Of a stretch of DNA of 64,000 bases, positions 45,766-56,193 are shown in pieces; positions within the stretch are counted from its first letter, which is position 1; the number at the start of each line of letters is the position of its first letter. The DNA lies in the NCBI GenBank assembly GCA_028823175.1, contig JAPKBZ010000008.1:1741-65740 (forward strand), in the 5' to 3' direction. The notes under the pieces are model-generated. The model saw nothing but the letters and a program-made list of their open reading frames with translations. It ran no database searches and had not been told where the DNA came from. The translations under genes were made by a program, and so were the position numbers. Source of the stretch: Myxococcota bacterium (GTDB lineage: Bacteria; Myxococcota_A; UBA9160; UBA4427).

Positions 45766-48700
45766 ATGACGGGACCGGGCGCAGAGCTCGAGGGTTTCCA
45801 TCCCGCCGTGCGCGAGTGGTTCCAGGGACGTTTTCCCCTGGGCCCTTCGCTCCCCCAGGAACACGGCTGGCCCGCCATCGCCGACCGCCGTGACACCCTG
45901 ATCGCGGCGCCCACCGGCTCGGGCAAAACCCTGTCGGCCTTCCTCGTCTGCATCGATCGTTTCTACCAGGCTGCCCTGAGGGCCCACGGACTCCGGGGCG
46001 AAGTGGGTCTGCCGCTTTTTGGCGCGGATGTCCTGGATTCTGCCAAGCCCGACGACAAAGCCGCTTCCCGCCCGGGCATCGAGGTGGTTTACGTCTCGCC
46101 GCTCAAGGCCCTGGCCGCGGATATCCAACACAACTTGGAGGAACCCCTCAAAGAGATCGCCGAGGTGGCGCGTCGGCGGGGCTACCCGGTGCCCGAATTA
46201 CGGATCGCCCTGCGCAGCGGCGACACCCCGGCCTCGGCCCGGGCAGCGATGCTCAAGCATCCCCCCCAGATCCTGGTCACGACTCCGGAATCCCTCTACC
46301 TGCTCCTGACCGCCGAGCGGAGTCGGGGCATTCTGGGCGACGTTCACACGGTCATCGTCGACGAGATTCATGCGGTGGCTCGGGACAAGCGTGGGTCGCA
46401 TCTCGCCCTCAGTCTCGAACGCCTCGAGGAGCTCTGCGCTCGGCGCCCGGTGCGCATCGGTCTCTCCGCCACCCAGCGCCCCATAGAGACCCTGGCCCGG
46501 CTTCTCGTAGGAGCGGGCGAGGCCCGCAGTCGGTCGGATGGCGGCCCCCGGTGCGAGGTGGTGGATGTCGGGCATCGGCGGGCTCTCGATCTCGCCATCG
46601 AATTGCCCGCCCAGGACCTCGAGGCGGTCGCCTCGGGCGAGCAGATGGGGGATATCCTCGATCGCATCGCCGCCCATGTGAAGAATCACCACACGACCCT
46701 GGTGTTCGTCAATACCCGTCGCATGGCCGAGCGCCTGGCCCACGAACTCGCCGAGCGACTGGGCGAGGACGCGGTGGCGGCGCATCACGGCAGCCTTTCG
46801 AAGGATCGCCGGCAGCGGGTGGAAACTCGCCTGCGAGCGGGGGAACTCCGAGCGCTGGTGGCCACGGCATCCCTGGAACTGGGGATCGATGTCGGGCCGG
46901 TGGAACTGGTCTGCCAGATGGGTTCGCCGCGCGCGATTTCAACCTTCCTCCAGCGCGTGGGCCGCTCGGGGCATTCCCGGGGCGGAACGCCGAAGGGACG
47001 TATTTATCCCACCACTCGGGATGAACTCGTCGAATGCGTCGCGCTGTTCCGTGGGGTTCGCGCCGGGCGCCTCGATGCCATCGAACCGCCCCGGGCGCCC
47101 CTGGATATTCTCGCTCAGCAGATCGTCGCGGCCTGCGCGGCCGAGGAATGGCGGGAGGACGACCTCTATGCCCTGATCCGCCGGGCGGCGCCTTTTTCCG
47201 AGCTGGGTCGCGCTGCGTTTGATGGCATCGTCGAAATGCTCTCCGAGGGCATCCAAACCGGCAGGGGCCGTCGGGGGGCCTACCTCCATCGCGATCGGGT
47301 GGGGGGCATGTTGCGCGCGCGCCGGGGCGCGCGGCTGGCCGCCCTGACCTCGGGTGGCGCGATCCCCGACGTGGCGGACTATCGGGTGCTGGCGGCGCCC
47401 GATGACAGCCTGGTGGGAAGCGTCTCCGAGGATTTCGCGGTGGAGAGCATGCAGGGCGACGTCTTTCTCCTGGGCAGCACATCCTGGCGGGTCCTGCGCG
47501 TGGAGTCGGGGCTGATGCGGGTGGCCGATGCGGGAGGGGCGCCGCCCACGATCCCTTTCTGGCAGGGCGAGGCGCCGGCGCGTAGCGCGGAACTCTCCGA
47601 TGAAGTCTCGAAGCTGCGCGCCGACGTGCGCGATCGGGTCGAGGCCGGAGGCCGGAAAGGTGCGCGGGAGTGGCTCTCGGCCGAAGTCGAGGTGGCGGCT
47701 GTTGTGGCCGAGCAGGTGGTCGCCTACCTGGCCACGTCTTTGACCGCCCTGGGCAGCCTGCCCACCGCGGATGAACTCGTTTTCGAGCGTTTTTTCGACG
47801 AGGCGGGCGGCATGCAGTTGGTCGTCCACGCGCCCCTGGGTGGCCGCATCAACCGGGCCCTGTGCTTGGCCCTGCGCAAGAAATTCTGTAGCAGTTTTAA
47901 TTTCGAGTTGCAGGCGGCGGCCAACGATGACGCCCTGGTGCTCTCCCTGGGGCCCCATCACAGTTTCCCCTTGGATTCGGTGCCGCGCTTCCTGAATTCG
48001 AGCCAGGTCACCGAGACCCTTTCCCAGGCCGCTTTGGCCTCGCCGATGTTCACCGCGCGCTGGCGCTGGAACCTGAATCGATGCCTGGCGGTGCTGCGCT
48101 TCAAGGGGGGGCGACGCAACCCTCCGCCGATTCAGCGCATGGAATCCGACGACCTGATGGCGGCGGTCTTCCCCAACCAGGCGGCCTGCCAGGAGAACGT
48201 CACCTTTCCCATCGAAATTCCGGATCATCCGCTGGTGGCCCAGACGATGCACGACTGCCTCACCGAGGGCATGGATGTGGTGGGACTCGAGGCCCTGGTC
48301 CGGGGCTTCGAGTCCGGCGAGGTGAGAACGCGCTTCGTGGACTCCAGCGAGCCTTCGCCCCTGGCTCACGAGATTCTCAACGGCCGGCCCTTCACCTTCC
48401 TCGACGATGCCCCCCTCGAGGAGCGCCGGACTCGGGCGGTGGCGCTGCGCCGGGGCTTGCCGGTGGAGGCGCGAGAGCTCGCGGCTCTGGACCCCGAGGC
48501 CATCGCCCGGGTTCGCGCCGAGGAATTCGCCAATCCCCGGGGAGCCGAGGAATTGCACGATCACCTGCTCGCCTTCGTTCTGTGTCCGGGCCAACCGGAC
48601 TTCCAGCACGATTTTGAAGCGCTCGCCGCGGCGGGGCGGGCCGCCGAAGCGGTCGTCGAAGGCCGGCGCCTGTGGTGCGCTACCGAGCGGCGGAGGGCGG

Positions 48701-50175
48701 CCGAGGTGATCCATCCCGAAGCCGTTTTCGAGCCCCGGAGGCCACTCCCGGCGAGCCTGTCCGCGGAGCCGGAGCCCGAACGTCAGGCGGTCATGCGCGA
48801 GATGATCCGCGGACACCTCGACCGGGTGGGCCCGGCGACGGTGGAGAGTCTCGCCGAGCCCCTGGCCTTGCCCGCGAGCGATGTCGAGTTGGCTCTGGCC
48901 GACCTCGAGGCCGACGGGTTCGCGTTGAGGGGGGAGTTCGAGGGACCGAGCAGCGGCCCGACCCAATTCTGCGCGCGGCGCCTTTTGGCGCGCATCCACC
49001 GCTACACCCGGGACCGCTTGCGCGGCGAGATCGAACCCGTTTCCGCCGCGACTTTCATTCGCTTCCTGCTCCGCTGGCAGCACGTCGCTCCGGGTTCGCG
49101 TTGCGCGGGCCGCGGCGGCGTCGCCCAGGTCGTCGAGCAGTTGCAGGGCTTCGAGTTGGCGGCGGGGGCCTGGGAGGAACACGTCCTCGCCCGCCGAATC
49201 GAGGGCTATCAGCCCGCTTGGCTCGATGCCGCCTGCCTGTCGGGGGAGGTGGGCTGGGGACGCCTATCCCCGGGCTCGGCGTCGGTGAGCGAAGCGTCGG
49301 AGAGGCCCGGGGAGCCGGGGACCGAGGCTTCCGAGGTGCGCCTCAAGGCCGTTCCCTCCCGGGCGACACCCCTGGCCTTTGTGCTGCGAGAGGATCTGCC
49401 CTGGCTCCTGCCCGCCCATCGCGGAGATGCGATGCCCGCTGAGCCGACGGTGGGGGCGGCGGCCGAGGTGCTGGCCGCTCTGCGCGAGGGCGGGGCGCTC
49501 TTTCATTCCGAACTCGTGTCGAAGCTGTCGCGGCTGCCGGTGGAGGTCGAGGAGGGTTTGTGGGCGTTGGTGGCCCGGGGTTGGGTGAGCGCCGACGGAT
49601 TTCAGGCGGTGCGCTCTTTGCTCGGCGCCCGGGAGCGCTGGGCCCGAACCCGGGCGCGGCAACGCGCGCGCCGGGGCCTGCGTCGCGGCCTGCGCGAGGG
49701 GCCGGAAGGCGCTGCCGAGGGCCGTTGGTCGCTCTTTCCCCGCTCCGGCCCGGTGGAGGATCCCGACCGTCTCGCCGAGGCGGTGGCCGAGCAATTATTG
49801 GCGCGTTGGGGGGTGGTCTTCCATGACCTGATGGCTCGGGAGAATCTCGCCGTTCCCTGGCGTGAGGTCGTCTGGGCGCTGCGGCGCCTCGAGGCGCGGG
49901 GCTTGGCGCGTGGGGGCCGTTTCGTGGGGGGCTTTTCCGGAGAGCAGTTCGCGTTGCCGGGAGCAGTCGAGGCCCTGCGCGCGGTCCGCCGCAAGGCGCC
50001 CGAGGGCGAGGTGGTGCGAGTGGCCGCCGCCGACCCCCTGAACCTAGTGGGGATTCTGACGCCCGGCGCCCGGGTGCCGTCCTCTCGAGGGCAGGCGATC
50101 GTTTATCGCGACGGCGTTCCCGTCGCGCCCGGAACGGAAACCTCGCCCGAGGTCGGCGAGGCGGTCCAGCCGTGA
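45766..50175 (+). CDS. lhr: ATP-dependent helicase Lhr (large helicase-related protein)
   Basis: 1469 aa from ATG 45766. Motif I APTGSGKTL, motif II VDEIH, LSATQ, and a helicase C-domain. The long C-terminal extension is typical of full-length Lhr. Confidence 0.9.
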   Translation: MTGPGAELEGFHPAVREWFQGRFPLGPSLPQEHGWPAIADRRDTLIAAPTGSGKTLSAFLVCIDRFYQAALRAHGLRGEVGLPLFGADVLDSAKPDDKAASRPGIEVVYVSPLKALAADIQHNLEEPLKEIAEVARRRGYPVPELRIALRSGDTPASARAAMLKHPPQILVTTPESLYLLLTAERSRGILGDVHTVIVDEIHAVARDKRGSHLALSLERLEELCARRPVRIGLSATQRPIETLARLLVGAGEARSRSDGGPRCEVVDVGHRRALDLAIELPAQDLEAVASGEQMGDILDRIAAHVKNHHTTLVFVNTRRMAERLAHELAERLGEDAVAAHHGSLSKDRRQRVETRLRAGELRALVATASLELGIDVGPVELVCQMGSPRAISTFLQRVGRSGHSRGGTPKGRIYPTTRDELVECVALFRGVRAGRLDAIEPPRAPLDILAQQIVAACAAEEWREDDLYALIRRAAPFSELGRAAFDGIVEMLSEGIQTGRGRRGAYLHRDRVGGMLRARRGARLAALTSGGAIPDVADYRVLAAPDDSLVGSVSEDFAVESMQGDVFLLGSTSWRVLRVESGLMRVADAGGAPPTIPFWQGEAPARSAELSDEVSKLRADVRDRVEAGGRKGAREWLSAEVEVAAVVAEQVVAYLATSLTALGSLPTADELVFERFFDEAGGMQLVVHAPLGGRINRALCLALRKKFCSSFNFELQAAANDDALVLSLGPHHSFPLDSVPRFLNSSQVTETLSQAALASPMFTARWRWNLNRCLAVLRFKGGRRNPPPIQRMESDDLMAAVFPNQAACQENVTFPIEIPDHPLVAQTMHDCLTEGMDVVGLEALVRGFESGEVRTRFVDSSEPSPLAHEILNGRPFTFLDDAPLEERRTRAVALRRGLPVEARELAALDPEAIARVRAEEFANPRGAEELHDHLLAFVLCPGQPDFQHDFEALAAAGRAAEAVVEGRRLWCATERRRAAEVIHPEAVFEPRRPLPASLSAEPEPERQAVMREMIRGHLDRVGPATVESLAEPLALPASDVELALADLEADGFALRGEFEGPSSGPTQFCARRLLARIHRYTRDRLRGEIEPVSAATFIRFLLRWQHVAPGSRCAGRGGVAQVVEQLQGFELAAGAWEEHVLARRIEGYQPAWLDAACLSGEVGWGRLSPGSASVSEASERPGEPGTEASEVRLKAVPSRATPLAFVLREDLPWLLPAHRGDAMPAEPTVGAAAEVLAALREGGALFHSELVSKLSRLPVEVEEGLWALVARGWVSADGFQAVRSLLGARERWARTRARQRARRGLRRGLREGPEGAAEGRWSLFPRSGPVEDPDRLAEAVAEQLLARWGVVFHDLMARENLAVPWREVVWALRRLEARGLARGGRFVGGFSGEQFALPGAVEALRAVRRKAPEGEVVRVAAADPLNLVGILTPGARVPSSRGQAIVYRDGVPVAPGTETSPEVGEAVQP

Positions 50176-50241
50176 GCCGGCGGCTCCTCCGGGGCCGCCT
50201 GGCCTAAACTGCTTCGCTCACCCCCTCGAGGAGAGTCTCTG

Positions 50242-51114
50242 ATGAAAGTTGCATTTTTGTGTCTGGGCGTCATGGGCGGCCCGATGGCGGGGCACCTGGC
50301 GCGCGCGGGTCATCGGCTGACCGTCTATAACCGCAGCCCCGAGCCCCTCGAAGCGTGGCTCGCGGAGTACGCCGGGACGGATAGCCGGGGCGCTTCGAGT
50401 CCGGCCGAGGCGGTGGCCGACGCGGAATTCGTGATGGTCTGCACCGGCCGGGACCAGGATCTCCGACAGATCGCCCTGGGCGAGCGTGGGGCCTTCGACG
50501 CCATGGCCGAGGGGGCGGTGTTCGTCGATCACACCACGGCTTCAGCAGAGCTCGCCCGGGAACTCGCCGAGGAGGCCCGTCGTCGGGGGCTTGGTTGGCT
50601 CGACGCGCCGATCTCGGGGGGCCAGGTCGGAGCCGAGACGGGCCAATTGACGGTGATGGCGGGGGGAGAGGAGGAAACCTTTCGCCGGGCCAAGCCGCTG
50701 ATCGACGCGTATGCCAAGAAATCGATTCGTATCGGTCCGGCGGGTTCGGGGCAAACGTGCAAAATGGTCAACCAGATTTGCATTGCGGGCCTCGTCCAGG
50801 CCCTGGCCGAGGGGCTGAATTTCGCCCAGCGCAGCGGCCTGGAGACCGAGCGCGTTGTGGAGGCGATCGCCCATGGGGCGGCGCAATCCTGGCAGATGGA
50901 CAACCGGGCCTCCAGCATGCTGGCGAGAGAATTCGAGTTCGGCTTTGCGGTGGACTGGATGCGTAAGGATCTTGGGATCGCCCTCGCCGAAGCCGAGCGC
51001 CGGGGCGCCGATCTTTCCTTGACCGCCGACGTCGACCGTCGCTACGCCGAGGTCCAGCGGCGAGGCGGGGGCCGTTGGGATACGTCGAGCTTGATCGCCC
51101 TTCTGGACTCTTAG
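50242..51114 (+). CDS. NAD(P)-dependent oxidoreductase, 3-hydroxyisobutyrate/6-phosphogluconate dehydrogenase-like
   Basis: 290 aa. Rossmann N-terminus VAFLCLGVMGGPMAGHL. GAGQ/SGQ-TCKMVNQ region typical of the HIBADH family. Confidence 0.85.
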   Translation: MKVAFLCLGVMGGPMAGHLARAGHRLTVYNRSPEPLEAWLAEYAGTDSRGASSPAEAVADAEFVMVCTGRDQDLRQIALGERGAFDAMAEGAVFVDHTTASAELARELAEEARRRGLGWLDAPISGGQVGAETGQLTVMAGGEEETFRRAKPLIDAYAKKSIRIGPAGSGQTCKMVNQICIAGLVQALAEGLNFAQRSGLETERVVEAIAHGAAQSWQMDNRASSMLAREFEFGFAVDWMRKDLGIALAEAERRGADLSLTADVDRRYAEVQRRGGGRWDTSSLIALLDS

Positions 51115-52643
51115 GGTCGAGGCCTGGCCTTCTTCTTGGAGGCGCCTGGGCCAGGGGCCATGAAGAGGCGAAGCTGGGCGATGGAGACGTCGCGCTCGTC
51201 GACGCTGTTGTCCCCGTCGAGATCATGATCGGGGTGGTAGCCGCCCTCCTTAGCGGTGAGCGCGATGGCTTCGACATCGCCTCGGCGACTGCGAGGAAAA
51301 CTCTCTCCCCAGGAGGTCGTGGTGCGGCCATCTCCGTCGATATCCGAGTCGCAGATATTTCCGTAGCCGTCGCCGTCGGTATCCCTTTGACGGGGGTTCG
51401 GCACCCGGCGGCAGTTGTCCCGCCAGTCCAGTTGCCCGTCGCCGTCGATGTCCATGGCGATCTCGGCGGTGGCGGGTTCCTCGAGACGCATCAGGGGATC
51501 GCCCACGTAGACGTTCATCCAGCCCAGATAGGGCAGAGCGCCGTAGTAGGCCTCGATGGCGCGGTCGCCCTGGGCGTAGCGGCTCAGTAGTAATTGGGGA
51601 CGGACCACGCCGGGAAGGCTGGGCTCGGCCACGTGGCCCGTGGCCCCGGCGGCTCCCCCGGCAACCAGATCGGCGACCAGCGACTGCCCATAGCGGGGCG
51701 GGGCAGTGAAAGTACGCGCATTGGTGCTCACGAGGTCGGTCACTAGAGCCCGGGACGCGAACTCTCCGGGGTAGAGTCGTCCCTCGCTTTCACCGTAGGC
51801 CCCGGGAAGCGGTTCCTGGCTCGCGTTGCTTCCCCAGGAGGCGTAGCCCTGGATGCCCTCGTAGGCCCCGGCGAAGGCGACCTCTTCGTCGGCGACCAGC
51901 CTCACGCCCAGCCCGGCTAGGGTCCCGCTTGCCGCCTTGAGGAGGAGGTGGTTGGCCACGTCGAGGGCGTCCGGCAGGCCGGGGTCGAGATCGATGAGCC
52001 AGAGCCCGCGCGCCGATGAGGGCGCCTGGGCGTTTTCGAGCAGGCGGGCGACGTCCCGGGGCAGGGGCGCCGGCTCCGCCAGCGGAGTTTGGTAGCCGGT
52101 GAGCCGGGCGACCATGAAGCGCAGGGGGGATTGGGGGTGCTGGTCCCGGAATTCCTGAAAGGAGAGGTCTCGGCCGTAGAAGGGATTGGGGCTCGAGGCG
52201 ATGCCCGGGCTTCCCACCAGGGGGGAGAAGAGCAGGGAGAGTTCGGCGTCCACAGCGGCTGTGGTGGTCTCGCGGAGCAGGTAACGCACGGGAACCTCGG
52301 GGCCCTCAACCCGCAACGGGATGCCCTTGGTCGTCACGATGATTTCCATCGAGTCCCGCCAGCCGCGTTCCTCGAAGATCTGCTCCAAGGGGCGTCGAAT
52401 CAACCGCTCGAAATCCGGGCGGGTGATGGATTCGTGGCGGGCATCGCCGAGCATGGGATCCGGAATCGGGATCTCGAGGCGGACGATTTGCTCCTCTGGG
52501 ATTCCCCGGGCCTCGGCGTAGGCTTCGCCGATGGCTTGGGAGACGGGAGAGGCCTGATTCACGAGTATGCAGACCCGGCTGCTCTCGCTCGCCGTGCATC
52601 CCAGGGCGAGCGCCAGGGGCAGAAGCGCGAATATCGGTCGCAT
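51111..52643 (-). CDS. lipoprotein with C-terminal thrombospondin-type-3 and dockerin/EF-hand-like calcium-binding repeats
   Basis: 510 aa from ATG 52643 (lipobox ALALGC). The N-terminal ~400 aa resemble the TIGR03790 conserved-hypothetical family (from memory, low certainty). C-terminus: DIDGDGQLDWRDNCRRVPNPRQRDTDGDGYGNICDSDIDGDG and DLDGDNSVDERDVSIAQL. The upstream 261 codons of track ORF 51111..53426 are antisense to ettA and were trimmed. Confidence 0.65.
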   Translation of the reverse strand: MRPIFALLPLALALGCTASESSRVCILVNQASPVSQAIGEAYAEARGIPEEQIVRLEIPIPDPMLGDARHESITRPDFERLIRRPLEQIFEERGWRDSMEIIVTTKGIPLRVEGPEVPVRYLLRETTTAAVDAELSLLFSPLVGSPGIASSPNPFYGRDLSFQEFRDQHPQSPLRFMVARLTGYQTPLAEPAPLPRDVARLLENAQAPSSARGLWLIDLDPGLPDALDVANHLLLKAASGTLAGLGVRLVADEEVAFAGAYEGIQGYASWGSNASQEPLPGAYGESEGRLYPGEFASRALVTDLVSTNARTFTAPPRYGQSLVADLVAGGAAGATGHVAEPSLPGVVRPQLLLSRYAQGDRAIEAYYGALPYLGWMNVYVGDPLMRLEEPATAEIAMDIDGDGQLDWRDNCRRVPNPRQRDTDGDGYGNICDSDIDGDGRTTTSWGESFPRSRRGDVEAIALTAKEGGYHPDHDLDGDNSVDERDVSIAQLRLFMAPGPGASKKKARPRP

Positions 52644-52766
52644 GGCTAGTTTCGAGGCCTGTTCTTTGGATGACACGGTTGGCCAGCTTAGCGCGCTCCC
52701 GGCTTTGGGCGGCGCTCGCGATTTTCGCCGACCTCGATACACTCCCGCCCCTGGAGGGTTTACAGC

Positions 52767-54443
<1,677 letters not shown>

Positions 54444-54480
54444 ACCCATGGGCTCCTTCCCCGGAAAGCGGGGGAGGCGC

Positions 54481-55602
54481 TTAGTGGTCGGAAGCGATGG
54501 CCTGGAGGCGATCGACGGCGTCGTAATAGCCCTCGAGGAGCTCGCCGAGGACATCCCTTGCCGGCAGGATCTGGTTCATGGAGCCCACGATTTGCCCGAC
54601 GGGATTAAAGGCGACGTCCTGGGCCTTCTCCGCGTATTGGTGGGTGCGGCGGACCATGTCGAGGGTCACCATCCCCTGGAGGGGCATCGGGAGCGGGGCG
54701 GGCGCGTCCTCGGAATCCCACGCTTCGGTCCAGCGATTGCGCAGCATGCGAGCGGGCTTGCCCGTCACCGAACGCGAACGGATGGTGTCCCGACTGGTGG
54801 CTGAGAGGTAGGACTCTTTCTGTGCGGTGGCCCCCATGGCCTCCTTCACGGCCAGCCAGATCGATCCGGTCCATACCCCGGCGGCACCCACCGAGAGTGC
54901 CGCTGCGACCTGGCTTCCGGTGCCGATCCCGCCGGCAGCGAGCATCGGGGTTGGGGCGATGGCCTCGACGACCTCCGGCCAGAGAACGATGCTGCCGATT
55001 TCACCCGTGTGGCCTCCGCCTTCGTACCCCTGGGCGATCACGATATCGACCCCGGCTTCCTTGTGTTTGAGAGCTTGGTAGGCGCTTCCGCAAAGCGCTG
55101 CGACCTTGCGTCCCGTCCCGTGGATCGATTGGATGACGTCCGGCGGCGGCGTTCCCAGGGCGTTGGCGATCAGCTTGACTTTGTCGTGGGAGAGAGCGCA
55201 TTCGATCTGGGGCAGGGCCGTGGCGAGGGTCCAGCCGAGGAGCCGGTCCGATCTCTCTTCCTCGGGAAGTTCGGGCACGCCCGCGTCGTCGAGGAGTTTG
55301 GCGGCGAAGTCGCGATGGGCCTGGGGGACGGAGGCTCGGAGTTGGGCCTGAAGTTTCTCCGGGTCCATTTCTCCCATGCCTTCGTATTTCCCGGGGATTA
55401 CGGTGTCCACCCCGTAGGGCTTGTTCCCGATATGCTCATCGATCCACTGGAGTTCCTTCTCGAGATCTTCGGCGGTGAAGCCCACGGCTCCGAGGACGCC
55501 GAAGCCCCCGGCCTTGCTGACTTCGACGACGACGTCTCGGCAGTGGGTGAAAGCAAAAATCGGAACTTCGATGCCGAGCATGTCGCAAAGGTCGGTGTGC
55601 AT
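54481..55602 (-). CDS. nitronate monooxygenase / NAD(P)H-dependent flavin oxidoreductase (NMO family)
   Basis: 373 aa TIM-barrel FMN pattern: GIEVPIFAFTH..., VIAQGYEGGGHTG, MLAAGGIGTG. Confidence 0.85.
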   Translation of the reverse strand: MHTDLCDMLGIEVPIFAFTHCRDVVVEVSKAGGFGVLGAVGFTAEDLEKELQWIDEHIGNKPYGVDTVIPGKYEGMGEMDPEKLQAQLRASVPQAHRDFAAKLLDDAGVPELPEEERSDRLLGWTLATALPQIECALSHDKVKLIANALGTPPPDVIQSIHGTGRKVAALCGSAYQALKHKEAGVDIVIAQGYEGGGHTGEIGSIVLWPEVVEAIAPTPMLAAGGIGTGSQVAAALSVGAAGVWTGSIWLAVKEAMGATAQKESYLSATSRDTIRSRSVTGKPARMLRNRWTEAWDSEDAPAPLPMPLQGMVTLDMVRRTHQYAEKAQDVAFNPVGQIVGSMNQILPARDVLGELLEGYYDAVDRLQAIASDH

Positions 55603-55726
55603 TCAGGATCTCCAGGAAAACGGGTCTAGGCAGGGGGCCAGTGGCCGAGTTTAACCACCGCCACGCCCGAGCGCGATAAGAATTCTCGTCGCCTAGGGCC
55701 TGTGAATACCCGGTCGAAATGCCCCG

Positions 55727-55760
55727 AAGTGCTGAAAATAAAGAACTTTTTGCCTTAGTT
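55727..55760 (+). promoter_or_regulatory. AT-rich promoter-like patch with the shared 12-mer AAGTGCTGAAAA and an adjacent near-palindrome
   Basis: 12-mer at 55727-38 is identical to 16422-33. CTGAAA (55732-37), then 17 nt, then TTAGTT (a weak -10). AGTTCGCGAATT near-palindrome at 55757-68. Confidence 0.3.
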
Positions 55761-55810
55761 CGCGAATTGGTCTCCAAGCCGCGGAAAACGGGTGCGCGAG
55801 CCCGGGGATT

Positions 55811-56177
55811 GCGTGTATGATCGGGTCACGCGTGGAGGGCAAGTCTGCCGGCCTTCCAGAATTTGTGGCCGGCGTAAGGCCGAAGGCCTATCGCTCCTCC
55901 TCCCTCCTTGCTCTAGTGACGTGGTTTGAGTCACGCGAAGCGTGACTCAAGGCAGGAGGCGGTGGAGCAGGGGCGAGGCGTGGCACTCTTGGACCGGGCG
56001 TCTATGGGGACGCGCCTATCCAGTGGCTTGAATTCAGTGACTTGAACCCTCTTTAACCCTCTTTGGGGCGATGCGCGCTACGGCGCGGTAACGCAACGAT
56101 ACTCAGCCGAACCAGCAACCCGGGTCCGCTTTTAAGCGGGCTCGGATGGAGAGCCGAAGGCGTGAAATTTAAGCGCC
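55811..56177 (+). ncRNA. candidate structured RNA (independent ncRNA or long structured recQ leader)
   Basis: Series of stable local helices read directly from the sequence. Includes an 11-bp perfect stem with a GAA loop (55926-55950), a C(UACG)G tetraloop hairpin (56074-87), and a 10-bp stem with two G.U pairs that are compatible only with a plus-strand transcript (56120-45). No known RNA family recognised. Confidence 0.35.
56021..56064. repeat. short direct repeats: CAGTGRCTTGAA x2 followed by AACCCTCTTT x2
   Basis: CAGTGRCTTGAA at 56021-32 and 56035-46 (11/12 identical). Perfect tandem 10-mers at 56045-54 and 56055-64. Confidence 0.9.
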
Positions 56178-56193
56178 ATATCCGGATTCCGAT

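Noticed and set aside
46939-49182. 747-aa minus-strand ORF. Also covers the other long ORFs inside lhr: 46709..47482, 46198..46788 and 48672..49442.
   Set aside because: Antisense or off-frame to the lhr helicase, whose motifs are unambiguous. Low-complexity Arg/Gly/Pro-rich translations.
55436-55777. 113-aa minus-strand ORF spanning the NMO start and the intergenic region
   Set aside because: It overlaps the NMO gene out of frame. It has an Arg-rich low-complexity translation and no SD.
55792-55796. GUGCG at the start of the structured region, resembling a group II intron 5' end
   Set aside because: The region is too short (~400 nt). There is no convincing domain V (the GAGCCG...CCGGAUUC segment at 56151-56189 does not pair properly). 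There is no IEP/RT ORF and no interrupted host gene.
55834-55851. GGAGGGCAAGTCTGCCGG, resembling the RNase P CR-I (GGAGGAAAGUCCGGGC); the region size is also similar to RNase P or tmRNA
   Set aside because: The other universally conserved RNase P blocks are absent. tmRNA hallmarks (GGGG 5' end, tag reading frame, a tRNA-like acceptor 3' end) are also absent.
56021-56028. GCCACTGG (B12-box-like) on the minus strand, suggesting a cobalamin riboswitch
   Set aside because: None of the other conserved cobalamin-riboswitch elements are present nearby. It lies ~420 nt from the only minus-strand gene start (NMO). The G.U pairs in the region favour a plus-strand RNA.
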